DNA of 59,342 nt, the filler included, from Bradymonadales bacterium (GTDB taxonomy: Bacteria > Bdellovibrionota > UBA2394): assembly GCA_007693605.1 (NCBI GenBank). It is 6 parts of 6 records of this genome, joined end to end, with 100 filler letters (N's around TTAATTAATTAA, not from the genome) between each part and the next. Parts side by side here need not be neighbours in the genome. Positions count along the whole stretch, not along the records: positions 34,369 to 37,941 come from REDG01000071.1; positions 38,042 to 53,303 come from REDG01000074.1; 4 more parts are not named here. One strand, 5' to 3'. The translations under genes and the position numbers were made by a program. Positions 36,675-45,374 of this stretch are shown piece after piece. How positions within the stretch are numbered: the stretch's first letter is position 1; each line of letters begins with the position of its first letter. The notes below the pieces were generated by a model, which saw only the letters and a program-made list of their open reading frames with translations, was not told where the DNA came from and ran no database searches.

Positions 36675-36994
36675 AGATAAAGCTTACTAAAGATGAGAAG
36701 AAAGTCGCTGAAGATCTTAAAAGGGGGAAGTACCAGTCGCTTTCAAAATCTGATGTCAAACAATATGCGAAGCTGGCAACGAGTGAGGTCGAGCGTCGTA
36801 AGGAATCTCGAAAGGAAGAACGGATTAACATTCGATTAACACCTGATGACTTGGCGGGTTTACGAGTACGGGCTGAGGAAGAGGGGCTGCCCTATCAAAC
36901 CCTGGTTGCTAGTGTGATTCATAAATATGTCGATGGGCAGTTGGTCGATGTTAACAATCTTTCTGCAATTAAGCGGGCTTTGAAGGTGGATTAA
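36671..36994 (+). CDS. RHH/CopG-type antitoxin
   Basis: RINIRL...DL..LR..A..EGLPYQTL..SV.HKY; ATGA overlap with the toxin. Confidence 0.85.
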   Translation: MKIKLTKDEKKVAEDLKRGKYQSLSKSDVKQYAKLATSEVERRKESRKEERINIRLTPDDLAGLRVRAEEEGLPYQTLVASVIHKYVDGQLVDVNNLSAIKRALKVD

Positions 36995-37174
36995 GCTGCG
37001 ATTTGCCAGAAACACCAGATTCTGAATTCGTCCCTTCGGCCCTGCCACTAAAAAAGATCAGGGGTTTCAGTCCCCGTGCTCTTTTGATTTGTGGGTCGGG
37101 GATTTGAGTTTCTCGATGCATTTGGGTGACAGGCAGGGGGTCCAAGGCCGATGCCATGCCGAGTGAGATTCGCC

Positions 37175-37759
37175 TTATGTCCCCGTGGCTACAATCGTTG
37201 GCAAATGTTGACTCAAAAAGACAAACAGAAATAAAACAAATAGTCCGACTAGAATCAAAATTTGTTTCATTTTGCTTGATGTGGAAACTTGAAAATATTC
37301 CCGAACATTTTTTCGAAAAACATAAACCAAAATGAACATGCCCCAGAGGGAAAGGCTAAAGCCATACAAGATCTGCTTGGTCAATGTTCCGGGATCCAGC
37401 TGATCCGTCAGGGCCATGGCAGCTAATGTTACAATGAGCCCCTTAGAGGTGGAATAAACGGAATAGGTTCCCAAAGCCCACCAGCCATAGCGCGCTCCTC
37501 GCAAACCTCCTATAGCGATACCCACAAATATCGTGAAAAGCGGAAAAGCCATAGAAGCTGCGAGTCCGGAGGCTTCCGCGCCATGGGTGAGGCCGACAGA
37601 CACGACGGAGCCTGTTAAGATGAGGGCTGAAATGCCGGCCAAGGCGATCATCGCTGAAATGAGAAAAGGTCTTTTCTTCTTCTCATTTCCATTGGGAAGT
37701 TGAGTTGTTTTGGGCATGATTGGAGTCCAGGTGATGTTGGTAAAATTATCATTTTTCAT
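37175..37759 (-). CDS. Multi-pass membrane protein
   Basis: About five hydrophobic segments. Confidence 0.7.
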   Translation of the reverse strand: MKNDNFTNITWTPIMPKTTQLPNGNEKKKRPFLISAMIALAGISALILTGSVVSVGLTHGAEASGLAASMAFPLFTIFVGIAIGGLRGARYGWWALGTYSVYSTSKGLIVTLAAMALTDQLDPGTLTKQILYGFSLSLWGMFILVYVFRKNVREYFQVSTSSKMKQILILVGLFVLFLFVFLSQHLPTIVATGT

Positions 37760-37772
37760 CAGAGATTAGGTC

Positions 37773-37789
37773 TGCAAGTTGTGTGCCAA
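37773..37789 (-). promoter_or_regulatory. Sigma54 promoter
   Basis: TTGGCACACAACTTGCA, near-perfect consensus. Confidence 0.8.
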
Positions 37790-37941
37790 TCGGTTCCGGT
37801 GGAACAAAGGGATTTTTGGGGGCGGCTTGTGGGGAAGAACCTACAGTCCTTCAGTTGTTGTCGGTAATTGCCAACTCTTTGCCTATTCTAGCGCAGGGAG
37901 ACATAACTGACAGAGGAGGCGTGGAAGTTTTGATTGTGAGA

Positions 37942-38041
37942 NNNNNNNNNNNNNNNNNNNNNNNNNNNNNNNNNNNNNNNNNNNNTTAATTAATTAANNN
38001 NNNNNNNNNNNNNNNNNNNNNNNNNNNNNNNNNNNNNNNNN
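37942..38041. other. Artificial contig linker
   Basis: N44-TTAATTAATTAA-N44. Confidence 0.99.
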
Positions 38042-38199
38042 TCTTCACTTCGTGTGCCTCTGGCACAACAGCTGAGCTACGGTCGCATCCTTAAAACCTA
38101 CTTCAACACTTCCATCGCTCAGCTGGATAGAGCTTGCGCTCTCCTCTTCACTTCGTGTGCCTCTGGCACAACAGCTGAGCTACGGTCGCATCCTTAAAA
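38042..38199 (-). repeat. 103-bp-period repeat carrying tRNA-Arg-like 5' fragments and an inverted D-arm
   Basis: 55-bp repeat at 38042 and 38145 contains GCGACCGTAGCTCAGCTG (minus); GCTCAGCTGGATAGAGC on plus at 38117-38133. Confidence 0.8.
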
Positions 38200-38272
38200 A
38201 CAAAACTCCCTTCGCTATATTGACCCAAAAGAAATCCGGCAAGAGCTTTTCTTGAATCCTTTGTTAAGGCTT

Positions 38273-39442
38273 CTAAGAATTATCAGGGGCCTGATAGCTG
38301 CTTCCCGCAAGCTCCAAGCCGTGCGCCCGATTCTCCCTTAAACAATTCGGACTGATCTCAACAAAATGTGCCTTCTCATCGAGTTCCTCAATCGTGTGAC
38401 AATTCAGATAACTCATGCCGCTCCGGACTCCTCCGGCCAGCTCATTCACGATCTCTGAAACCGGACCCTTGCAGTTCACCCACTGACTTTCGCCCTCAGG
38501 GGCCATCCCTTCCGGCAAACTTCCTCCTCGCCAAGAGGTCTGAGCCGCCTTGGAGGCCATGCCTCGATAAGCTTTCTTTCCACGAACCAAAGCGCCGGGG
38601 GTTTCAATACATCCCGCCAACAATGAGCCCAACATGATCGAAGAAGCCCCCACGACCAGGGCCTTCATCGCGTCTCCGCTGCTTCGTATCCCACCGTCCG
38701 CAATCACCGGCACAGCTTCTCGCCTCGCAATCTCACAGCAACTCGCAATGGCCGTTAACTGCGGCACACCGACCCCAGTAATCAATCGAGTGGTGCACAT
38801 GCTGCCTGGGCCAATTCCTACCTTGATCGCGTCGGCTCCCGCTCGAATCAGATCTTCAGCAGCCCAGGTGGTGGCCACATTGCCTGCCACGAGATCCACT
38901 TCAGGATATTCTTTCTTTAAGTGCTGAAGCATTCGAATCATGGCTTCGCTATGACCATGAGCAATGTCGATCGTTAGCACCTGCACTCCCGCCTCAACCA
39001 AAAGTCGCGCCGACATCTTAGACTCTTCGGTCACCCCAATCGAAGCGGCAACCATCCCTCGTTTGTTTCGATCAACTTCATCTCGAAACTCTTTCACTTG
39101 CGCCACCTGCTGCTCAAGCGGCATGAAGCGGTGCAAAATGGCCGTGGCCCGCAAACGATTCATGGCTCGCAACATCTCCAGCTCTGAAATGGTGTCCATA
39201 TTGGCCGCAACAAAGGGCAGCTCCAGATCAAACCGGCGGCTAAACTTGGTCTTCAAACTCACATCGAATCGGCTCCCCACCTCAGAGCGAGTGGGCAGCA
39301 ACAAAACATCATCAAAGGTATAGGCTCTACTCCGTAACCCCATCTCGCGAGCTGGAAAGATATAGTCTTGATAAAATTTATCTTTAAACTCTCGGGGGTT
39401 CATCTTCTTCGAATGGGAAGACTCTACTGCCATCTCTAACAC
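38273..39442 (-). CDS. IMP dehydrogenase/GMP reductase family protein without CBS domain
   Basis: TFDDVLLLP, ANMDT, DIAHGHS, KVGIGPGSMCTTR, ADGGI, YRGMAS, PEG. Confidence 0.9.
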   Translation of the reverse strand: MLEMAVESSHSKKMNPREFKDKFYQDYIFPAREMGLRSRAYTFDDVLLLPTRSEVGSRFDVSLKTKFSRRFDLELPFVAANMDTISELEMLRAMNRLRATAILHRFMPLEQQVAQVKEFRDEVDRNKRGMVAASIGVTEESKMSARLLVEAGVQVLTIDIAHGHSEAMIRMLQHLKKEYPEVDLVAGNVATTWAAEDLIRAGADAIKVGIGPGSMCTTRLITGVGVPQLTAIASCCEIARREAVPVIADGGIRSSGDAMKALVVGASSIMLGSLLAGCIETPGALVRGKKAYRGMASKAAQTSWRGGSLPEGMAPEGESQWVNCKGPVSEIVNELAGGVRSGMSYLNCHTIEELDEKAHFVEISPNCLRENRAHGLELAGSSYQAPDNS

Positions 39443-39449
39443 TCCTCTA

Positions 39450-39713
39450 TTACTGAAAGATTCTCTTTAAGCGCTGAAGCCAACCAGAGCGCTCTGGCCG
39501 CTGACGGAGCAAGGCCGAAGACTGCAAAAAGAAACACAAACTTTCGATTCTTCTCTGATCTTGCTCAGACACTTTGTAGTTCTGATAAATCTCAAAGAGC
39601 TGCTTACCCAGAACTTGGTAAACTCCAGGCTCCAGTACTGGCATCTCTGTCGATTTTAACTCGAAATGCCCCTCTTCAAGATGAACTCGTTCCATCAACT
39701 TCTCTACGATCAT
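39450..39713 (-). CDS. Hypothetical protein
   Basis: Coupled ORF within the operon. Confidence 0.6.
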   Translation of the reverse strand: MIVEKLMERVHLEEGHFELKSTEMPVLEPGVYQVLGKQLFEIYQNYKVSEQDQRRIESLCFFLQSSALLRQRPERSGWLQRLKRIFQ

Positions 39714-40120
39714 CAGACTCGCTGCTCCTCTACTTTTGAAGAAAAATCTCTCTTTAAATGCTCCGGCAACTCAAGGGCCTCAAACTCTGAACGAATTCGG
39801 TCGAAAGCAAAGATGCTCCGATGTCGATCTCCCCAAGTCACCGCCATCCCGTAGTTACCAACCGCCTCAATTTTTTGAATTCGCAAACGAACTCCAAGAG
39901 CTTCTGCAGACAGTTGGCTCAAGTTCTGGGCAGGAGACCGCTCTAGACAAAGAGCGCAGGCACAAGCCTCTCGCAACCATCGTAGAGGAAAGGAGTGAGA
40001 GCTTGAGTCTGACCACACTAGATCGAGAAAGCCCTCACGGTAGGAAATTTTTTTTGCTTTTAGACTCTGTGTTAGGCTTTGCATACTTGGCGAACCCCAG
40101 CTTTGCTGAAAACTGCCCAA
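39713..40120 (-). CDS. DUF971 / GBBH-like N-terminal domain protein
   Basis: WSD.....F...WLR..C.CA.C, VGNYG....W.D.H. Confidence 0.85.
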   Translation of the reverse strand: MGSFQQSWGSPSMQSLTQSLKAKKISYREGFLDLVWSDSSSHSFPLRWLREACACALCLERSPAQNLSQLSAEALGVRLRIQKIEAVGNYGMAVTWGDRHRSIFAFDRIRSEFEALELPEHLKRDFSSKVEEQRV

Positions 40121-40141
40121 CAGAACATCAAGACCTAGGAC

Positions 40142-41131
40142 CTAATGCTCGATCAAGCTCATTCGAACCTCGCCACTACTAGCAGAATTGATCGCATCTT
40201 CCAATCGAACCTGATCATCCGGCACACCCTTCCCGATCAGATAGGCTCGCACGGCCTCAAAACGACCCCTGACAATGGAGTCTGCCTCAGAAGGGGCACG
40301 AGTCCCCTCTAAAATGAGAGTGTTGCTAGGGTTGTTTAAGAGAAAAACGCTCATTTGGTCGAGTCGATCCATCACGCGAGGACTGAGCCCCAACTGCCCT
40401 TCGTCAAAGCTCAAACTTCCGTTGGGCACCGGACTGCGGCCTTTCTCTGCTTCAGGCGCAGTGGATGCCGCTCTGGGGGCGGGATCTTCGGCCATTTCGT
40501 CGAGGCTCGGAGGGGATTCTTCGTCTTGAGCGACTTCATCTGCAGGCTCCCTCCTCTGAGACCGAGCTTCAGAGCCAGACTGAAGAACAATCGCTCCCTC
40601 TGGCACCGGGATGTCGGGCTGAGGAGCTCGAGCAGGCACCTCAGGCTCAGGCTCAGGCTCAGGCTCTTCGGCTTCTGAAAACTCTCTCTTACGGGCAAGA
40701 TAGCTGGCCAGCGCCTGGGCGGGCAGCTCCATTTGAGAGGGGTCGGGCCGAGCTTCAATCTCAACGACCGGGCTAGGCTCGACCTTTTTGGTCACTTCGA
40801 CCGCCTTCTCTTCATCGGCCCCCTCCACTTGAACTGGGCTCTCTGGCTCCATTCTCCACTCTCGATCCTCCTCGAGAATGTCTTCGGCCCAGCGCTCCAC
40901 CTGCCTCAATCGCCTATCGGCTTGAGAGTAGCGACCCGCCTGCAGCGCCTCGAAACCCGCCTCTAGAGCGAGCCGAGCGGGTTCAATTCTGGGGTGCACC
41001 GGATCTACCTTTTCAGCGGCCTCCAGAAGCGCCCTCGATCGCTCATACTGCCGAAAGCTGTCTTGGGCCGCACAGGCCGGCAAAAGCAGGAACAAGAGAA
41101 GCCAAAGAAATTTTGAGCTTGAGGACTGCAT
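40142..41131 (-). CDS. Lipoprotein with Pro/Glu-rich linker and degenerate OmpA-like domain
   Basis: LPAC lipobox; F..G...LS....LD, ILEG, R..AVR.YL...GV. Confidence 0.7.
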   Translation of the reverse strand: MQSSSSKFLWLLLFLLLPACAAQDSFRQYERSRALLEAAEKVDPVHPRIEPARLALEAGFEALQAGRYSQADRRLRQVERWAEDILEEDREWRMEPESPVQVEGADEEKAVEVTKKVEPSPVVEIEARPDPSQMELPAQALASYLARKREFSEAEEPEPEPEPEVPARAPQPDIPVPEGAIVLQSGSEARSQRREPADEVAQDEESPPSLDEMAEDPAPRAASTAPEAEKGRSPVPNGSLSFDEGQLGLSPRVMDRLDQMSVFLLNNPSNTLILEGTRAPSEADSIVRGRFEAVRAYLIGKGVPDDQVRLEDAINSASSGEVRMSLIEH

Positions 41132-41178
41132 AGGCATCTGGAAATAGGATATAAGCAAGTGCGAAGAGAGGGCAAGCT

Positions 41179-41919
41179 ATGGTGATCGCTCAAAGCCAAC
41201 AAAGAGAAAAACTGAGCACAATGGGGGAACTTGCCACGGTTCTCGCCCACGAAATTAAAAACCCCATGAACTCCATTATCATTCACTTGGAGGTTTTGAA
41301 ATCCTGTGTTCAAGAACTGAGGGGACACGAACCCACCCGCCAAAAGGCTAAGAGAAAGCTTGAAGTGATTGAGGGCGAAATCCGTCGGCTCGAAAAGGTG
41401 ATCTCGGGCTTTCTCGATTTAGCGACCCCTTGCTCGAGCGAAACCACACCACTTCAAATCAATTCTTTAGTGGAGGAACTGACGGAGCTTTTGGGGCCAG
41501 AGTTTAAAAAGAAAAAAATCCAACTAAGACGAGAGCTTCAAGCTGACCTTCCAGACATTACGGGACGATCGGATCAACTCAAGCAGGCCATCTTGAACCT
41601 GATGATCAATGCTTCTCAGGCCCTGCCAAAGGGCGGCGTGATTGAAGTGTCTACGGGCTCAGACGAAAAACTTCTGTGGGTTCAGGTGAAAGATGATGGC
41701 TCGGGAATTCCCGCAAACATCAAAGATCAGATTTTTAGCCCCTACTTCACGACCAAAGAAAAAGGAAGCGGCCTGGGCTTGGCCATTGTGAGACGAATCA
41801 TTAGAGAGCATGGAGGCTATATCGAGGTCTCGAGCGAAGAAGGCCAAGGGGCGACATTCAGAGTGACTCTACCAAGAACAGAAGTCGTCTTAGCGAGCGG
41901 CCATGGAGAAATTCGATGA
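41179..41919 (+). CDS. Histidine kinase (HisKA + HATPase only)
   Basis: LAHEIKNP, NLMINA, D.G.GI, F.P.FTTK, GSGLGL. Confidence 0.93.
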   Translation: MVIAQSQQREKLSTMGELATVLAHEIKNPMNSIIIHLEVLKSCVQELRGHEPTRQKAKRKLEVIEGEIRRLEKVISGFLDLATPCSSETTPLQINSLVEELTELLGPEFKKKKIQLRRELQADLPDITGRSDQLKQAILNLMINASQALPKGGVIEVSTGSDEKLLWVQVKDDGSGIPANIKDQIFSPYFTTKEKGSGLGLAIVRRIIREHGGYIEVSSEEGQGATFRVTLPRTEVVLASGHGEIR

Positions 41920-43325
41920 GCACATTAGAGTTAGTTAATCCTGATGTTGGGCTCGGAAAAGAAAGCCCCAAGATTAGAGTTTTAGTGGTGGATGACGAGG
42001 CCAATGCTCGCGAAGGCCTACATGATTTGCTCGAGACTTGGGGCTACGAGGTTTTGACGGCTCAAGATGTCAGAACCGGATTTGACGCAGTGAAGAAGTT
42101 CCAGCCCGCCGTCATCATCACAGACCTGAAAATGCCGGAAAATGACGGCATGACTTTAATTCACCTTCTGAGAGACGAGCAACTCATGGAACACACCCAT
42201 GTCATCGTTCTTTCCGCTCACGGCAATATTGAGAAAGCTGTCGAAGCCATCAAGCTTGGGGTGGAAGAGTTTCTGACAAAACCCGTAGATGTCTCTCGAT
42301 TAAAAATCCTTCTAGAGAGAATCGAGAATCGAAATCGCGTTTACGAAGAAATGCTTCTGCTACGAGACAAGGTGAGAAAGCTGGGCACATTCGGCAAGCT
42401 CAACGGCTCCACCCCTAAAATGAAGGCCGTCTTTAAACAGATTCAAGTGGTGGCCCCGGCCTCTTCGCCGGTGTTGATTACGGGCGAAAGCGGAACGGGC
42501 AAAGAATTGGTCGCCAAGGCGATTCATCAGAACTCAAAACGAAAGGACAAAGCCTTCTTGCCGGTGAACTGTGCGGCAATACCCGCCTCTCTTTTAGAGA
42601 GTGAGCTCTTCGGTCACGAGAAGGGGGCTTTTACTGGCGCCGTCGGTCAGAAGCTTGGATGTTTTGAACTCGCGAATCACGGCAGCCTTTTTTTGGATGA
42701 GATTGGAGAGATGAGCCCTGATTTGCAGTCGAAGCTTTTGCGAGTTTTGGAGGATGGCAGTTTTCGTCGTTTGGGAGGCAAAACGGAGATCAAAGTCGAT
42801 GTTCGAGTGATTGCGGCCACCAACCGAAATCTTGAAGAAGCGGTCGAAGAAGACGGATTTCGAGAGGATCTTTTCTATCGACTCAATGTCTTTCAAATTG
42901 AACTGCCCCCCCTGAGGGAGCGCTCCGAAGATATCCCCCTTTTGATTCAAACCTTTATTGAAGAGTTTAATTTGAAAAACGATCGCCAGGTGAAGGGCCT
43001 GTCGCGAGAAGCTCTCAAGACTTTGAAGCGCTATAGCTTTCCGGGCAATGTCAGAGAGCTGAAAAATGTGATTGAGAGGGCGGTGATTGTCAGCCAGAAC
43101 GATGTGATCGAGCCTGAAGATTTACCAGAGAACTTGACTAAGAAGGCTCAAAGAGCTCCGAGCGTCGAGTTCAACCTTGGAATGTCGATGGAAGAGATTG
43201 AAAAGGAGTGGCTGTTTCACACCATCAATTTCGTCAACGGCAACAAGACCAAGGCCGCCAAAATGCTGAATATCAGCCTCAAGACCCTCCACAACCGACT
43301 AAACAAATACAAATCGAGTGTTTAG
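41916..43325 (+). CDS. Sigma54-dependent response regulator (NtrC/AtoC family)
   Basis: REC (VVDDE, DLKMP), GESGTGKE, GAFTGA, FREDLFYRL, Fis-type HTH. Confidence 0.96.
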   Translation: MSTLELVNPDVGLGKESPKIRVLVVDDEANAREGLHDLLETWGYEVLTAQDVRTGFDAVKKFQPAVIITDLKMPENDGMTLIHLLRDEQLMEHTHVIVLSAHGNIEKAVEAIKLGVEEFLTKPVDVSRLKILLERIENRNRVYEEMLLLRDKVRKLGTFGKLNGSTPKMKAVFKQIQVVAPASSPVLITGESGTGKELVAKAIHQNSKRKDKAFLPVNCAAIPASLLESELFGHEKGAFTGAVGQKLGCFELANHGSLFLDEIGEMSPDLQSKLLRVLEDGSFRRLGGKTEIKVDVRVIAATNRNLEEAVEEDGFREDLFYRLNVFQIELPPLRERSEDIPLLIQTFIEEFNLKNDRQVKGLSREALKTLKRYSFPGNVRELKNVIERAVIVSQNDVIEPEDLPENLTKKAQRAPSVEFNLGMSMEEIEKEWLFHTINFVNGNKTKAAKMLNISLKTLHNRLNKYKSSV

Positions 43326-43368
43326 TGCCCGCAAGTGAGCCTCTCGCTCAGTTTGAGCATGAGCGGCG

Positions 43369-43398
43369 CAGATGGGCCGTTAGCGCCAGCGCCCCCCC
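43369..43398 (-). repeat. Partial TIR of the MITE/REP-like family
   Basis: TGGCGCTAACGGCCCATCTG on minus strand. Confidence 0.55.
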
Positions 43399-43478
43399 CT
43401 AAATGCAGGAAAGGCCCCATACAAGGGGCCCTTCTAGTTCGTTCTCTTAAGTCGAGAACTCTTCAATGAAGCATGGGT

Positions 43479-43652
43479 TTAGATGTCTGCAGCTTTTACA
43501 GTCTTACGACCGTTTTGCTTGGTTCTTTCGGCGGCTACTTTGATCAAGCGACCCACTTCTTTGTTCAACTGATCAACGGCATCACTTCCTGTGTTGCAGC
43601 CATGCTGTTTGAACAATTCTCGAACCTTTGATTGAACGACTAAGTTTTCCAT
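43479..43652 (-). CDS. Bacterial histone-fold protein (Bd0055-like), 57 aa, not in the ORF track
   Basis: MENLVVQSKVRELFKQHGCNTGSDAVDQLNKEVGRLIKVAAERTKQNGRKTVKAADI; RKTV...D histone motif; AGGAG RBS. Confidence 0.9.
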   Translation of the reverse strand: MENLVVQSKVRELFKQHGCNTGSDAVDQLNKEVGRLIKVAAERTKQNGRKTVKAADI

Positions 43653-43961
43653 ATTTCCATCTCCTATCTAAAAATCGCGCAGAGCGCTTCTAAGTTGTAA
43701 ATTCGGTAACTCGGAGAGATGATCCTGTCAATGAAAGTGGGTGCTGTCAAACTTCTGGATATCTCATCTGGATCAGAATGTAGGATTTACTCAGAGCATA
43801 TAAGGCATAACTAATTGAAATTATTGTATTTATTTTAATTTCCTGACTTTGTCTTAAAAGCTGAATGTAAAATTTACCCTAATTTCAATCTGAAAGCCTG
43901 ACCCCCTCCAGCCAAAAGGCCCTAAAGCATTGAAATTATTTACTATATTTCAATTTTGAAA

Positions 43962-43979
43962 CTTGGCATGAATTTTGCT
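43962..43979 (+). promoter_or_regulatory. Sigma54 promoter with upstream enhancer-like repeats
   Basis: CTTGGCATGAATTTTGCT; GAATGTARRATTTAC at 43776 and 43863; AT-rich IHF-like tract between. Confidence 0.8.
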
Positions 43980-43989
43980 ATTGTCAGGA

Positions 43990-44100
43990 TATAAGTTCTC
44001 TGGGGCGGCCATTACCCTGAAACCCTTTATCCCCTACCCTAAGCCGCCTCGGGAAGTTTCAAAGTCTCCTCTAGTGAACGCTAGAGGAGGCTTTCTTTTT
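43990..44100 (+). ncRNA. Candidate sigma54-dependent sRNA
   Basis: No ORF; GGGGCGGC/GCCGCCTC stem with CCCT-repeat loop; ends in a terminator. Confidence 0.7.
44064..44100 (+). terminator. Intrinsic terminator
   Basis: GTCTCCTCTAG-TGAACG-CTAGAGGAGGC followed by TTTCTTTTT. Confidence 0.85.
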
Positions 44101-44129
44101 GGGGGCAGCATGGAGTAGCTCTGTTTTTA

Positions 44130-44882
44130 GTGGCTGTTTCTACCCCTCATGCAATCGAAGCAAAGAAAAAGGCTCGAAAGTTTCCGGACACGCTCCCAGA
44201 CGGCTGGCGAGAGGTTCTCAGGGCAGAGGCTGAGAAGAGCTATTTTAAGTCTCTGACAAAGTTTCTAAGAGAGGAGCTGCGTTCGGGCCATGAGATCTAC
44301 CCGACAAGCGCTCAAATCTTGAGGGCCCTTCAAAGCCTAGACCTAAACGAGGTCAAGCTTTGCATTCTCGGCCAAGACCCCTATCACCAGCCCGGCCAAG
44401 CCATGGGCTTGAGCTTTGCCGTTCCAAATCAGCTTCAGCCAAAACCCCCCTCATTGGTAAACATCTTCAAAGAAATTGAAAGCTCCCTCGGCTGGAAGTG
44501 GGACCGAGAGTCTTCAGAACTCCTAGGTTGGGTAGAGCAAGGGGTGCTCCTATTGAACACGGTATTGAGCGTCCGAAGGGGTCAGGCCTTCTCTCACCGA
44601 AACAAGGGTTGGGAGCCCTTCACCGATCAAGTGATTCGAAGTTTAGGCGCCCGAGAGAAGCCTGTGGTCTTCCTTTTGTGGGGGGCGGCCGCTCAATCGA
44701 AGGCGGCTCTGATTCAGAAGCATCACTTTGTTTTGAAGTCGGCGCACCCGTCACCGTTGTCGGCTCATCGCGGATTTTTTGGCTGTGGACATTTTTTAGC
44801 AGCCAACCAACAGCTCAAAGCCTGGAATGAAGAACCCATCGATTGGACAAGAATCAATGCCGGAACAAAAGCCCTACTTTGA
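44130..44882 (+). CDS. ung: Uracil-DNA glycosylase family 1
   Basis: ILGQDPYH, PPSL.NI, GVLLLN, HPSPLS. Confidence 0.96.
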   Translation: MAVSTPHAIEAKKKARKFPDTLPDGWREVLRAEAEKSYFKSLTKFLREELRSGHEIYPTSAQILRALQSLDLNEVKLCILGQDPYHQPGQAMGLSFAVPNQLQPKPPSLVNIFKEIESSLGWKWDRESSELLGWVEQGVLLLNTVLSVRRGQAFSHRNKGWEPFTDQVIRSLGAREKPVVFLLWGAAAQSKAALIQKHHFVLKSAHPSPLSAHRGFFGCGHFLAANQQLKAWNEEPIDWTRINAGTKALL

Positions 44883-45306
44883 TCGATGTTTGGAGCTGGC
44901 AGCTCAGGCATTCTCTCTGGGCGAGGTCCCCATTGGAGCTGTTCTTGTAAAAGATCAGAAGGTAATCGCAGAGGGCTACAATCAGACAGAGACACAAGGC
45001 TGCTTTACTGCCCATGCCGAGATTTTGATCATTCAACAGGCCACTCAAACTCTGAAAACGAAATATCTGAATGGATGTGAGCTTTTTGTCAACCTAGAGC
45101 CCTGCCCGATGTGCCGAGCCGCACTTCAACTCTCTCGCGTGAATCGAGTCCATTTTCTACTTCCTTCAGAGAAGTTCGGAGAAAAGGGAGCCGCCCTTCA
45201 TGCAATCGAAATAGAACCCGCGCACACCGAAGCATTTAGTGAAGAGCGAGAAAAGTCTAAACAACTACTTGCAGATTTTTTCGAGATGAAAAGAAGGCGA
45301 TCCTGA
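44857..45306 (+). CDS. tadA: tRNA adenosine deaminase-like nucleoside deaminase
   Basis: GEVPIGAV, HAE, LEPCPMC, FF..KR C-terminus. Confidence 0.8.
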   Translation: MPEQKPYFDRCLELAAQAFSLGEVPIGAVLVKDQKVIAEGYNQTETQGCFTAHAEILIIQQATQTLKTKYLNGCELFVNLEPCPMCRAALQLSRVNRVHFLLPSEKFGEKGAALHAIEIEPAHTEAFSEEREKSKQLLADFFEMKRRRS

Positions 45307-45374
45307 AAAACTCATTCGAACACTCTGCCAGAGATACTGCACTGAGGAGTCAACACGCTTCTTACGGGAAGGCA

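Larger units (their letters stand above)
34725..37047 (+). repeat. Four degenerate ~25-35 bp direct repeats separating gene cassettes
   Basis: CACCAGGTTCGATATTCGTCCACTCGGCCCTGCCA-like at 34725, 35431, 36341 and 37013. Confidence 0.75.

Noticed and set aside
34725..37047. Classical attC or pdif sites
   Set aside because: No RYYYAAC/GTTRRRY boxes and no XerC/XerD consensus.
40620..40670. TCAGGC hexamer run as a contingency locus
   Set aside because: In-frame EPEPEP linker coding; a unit of 6 would not shift the frame.
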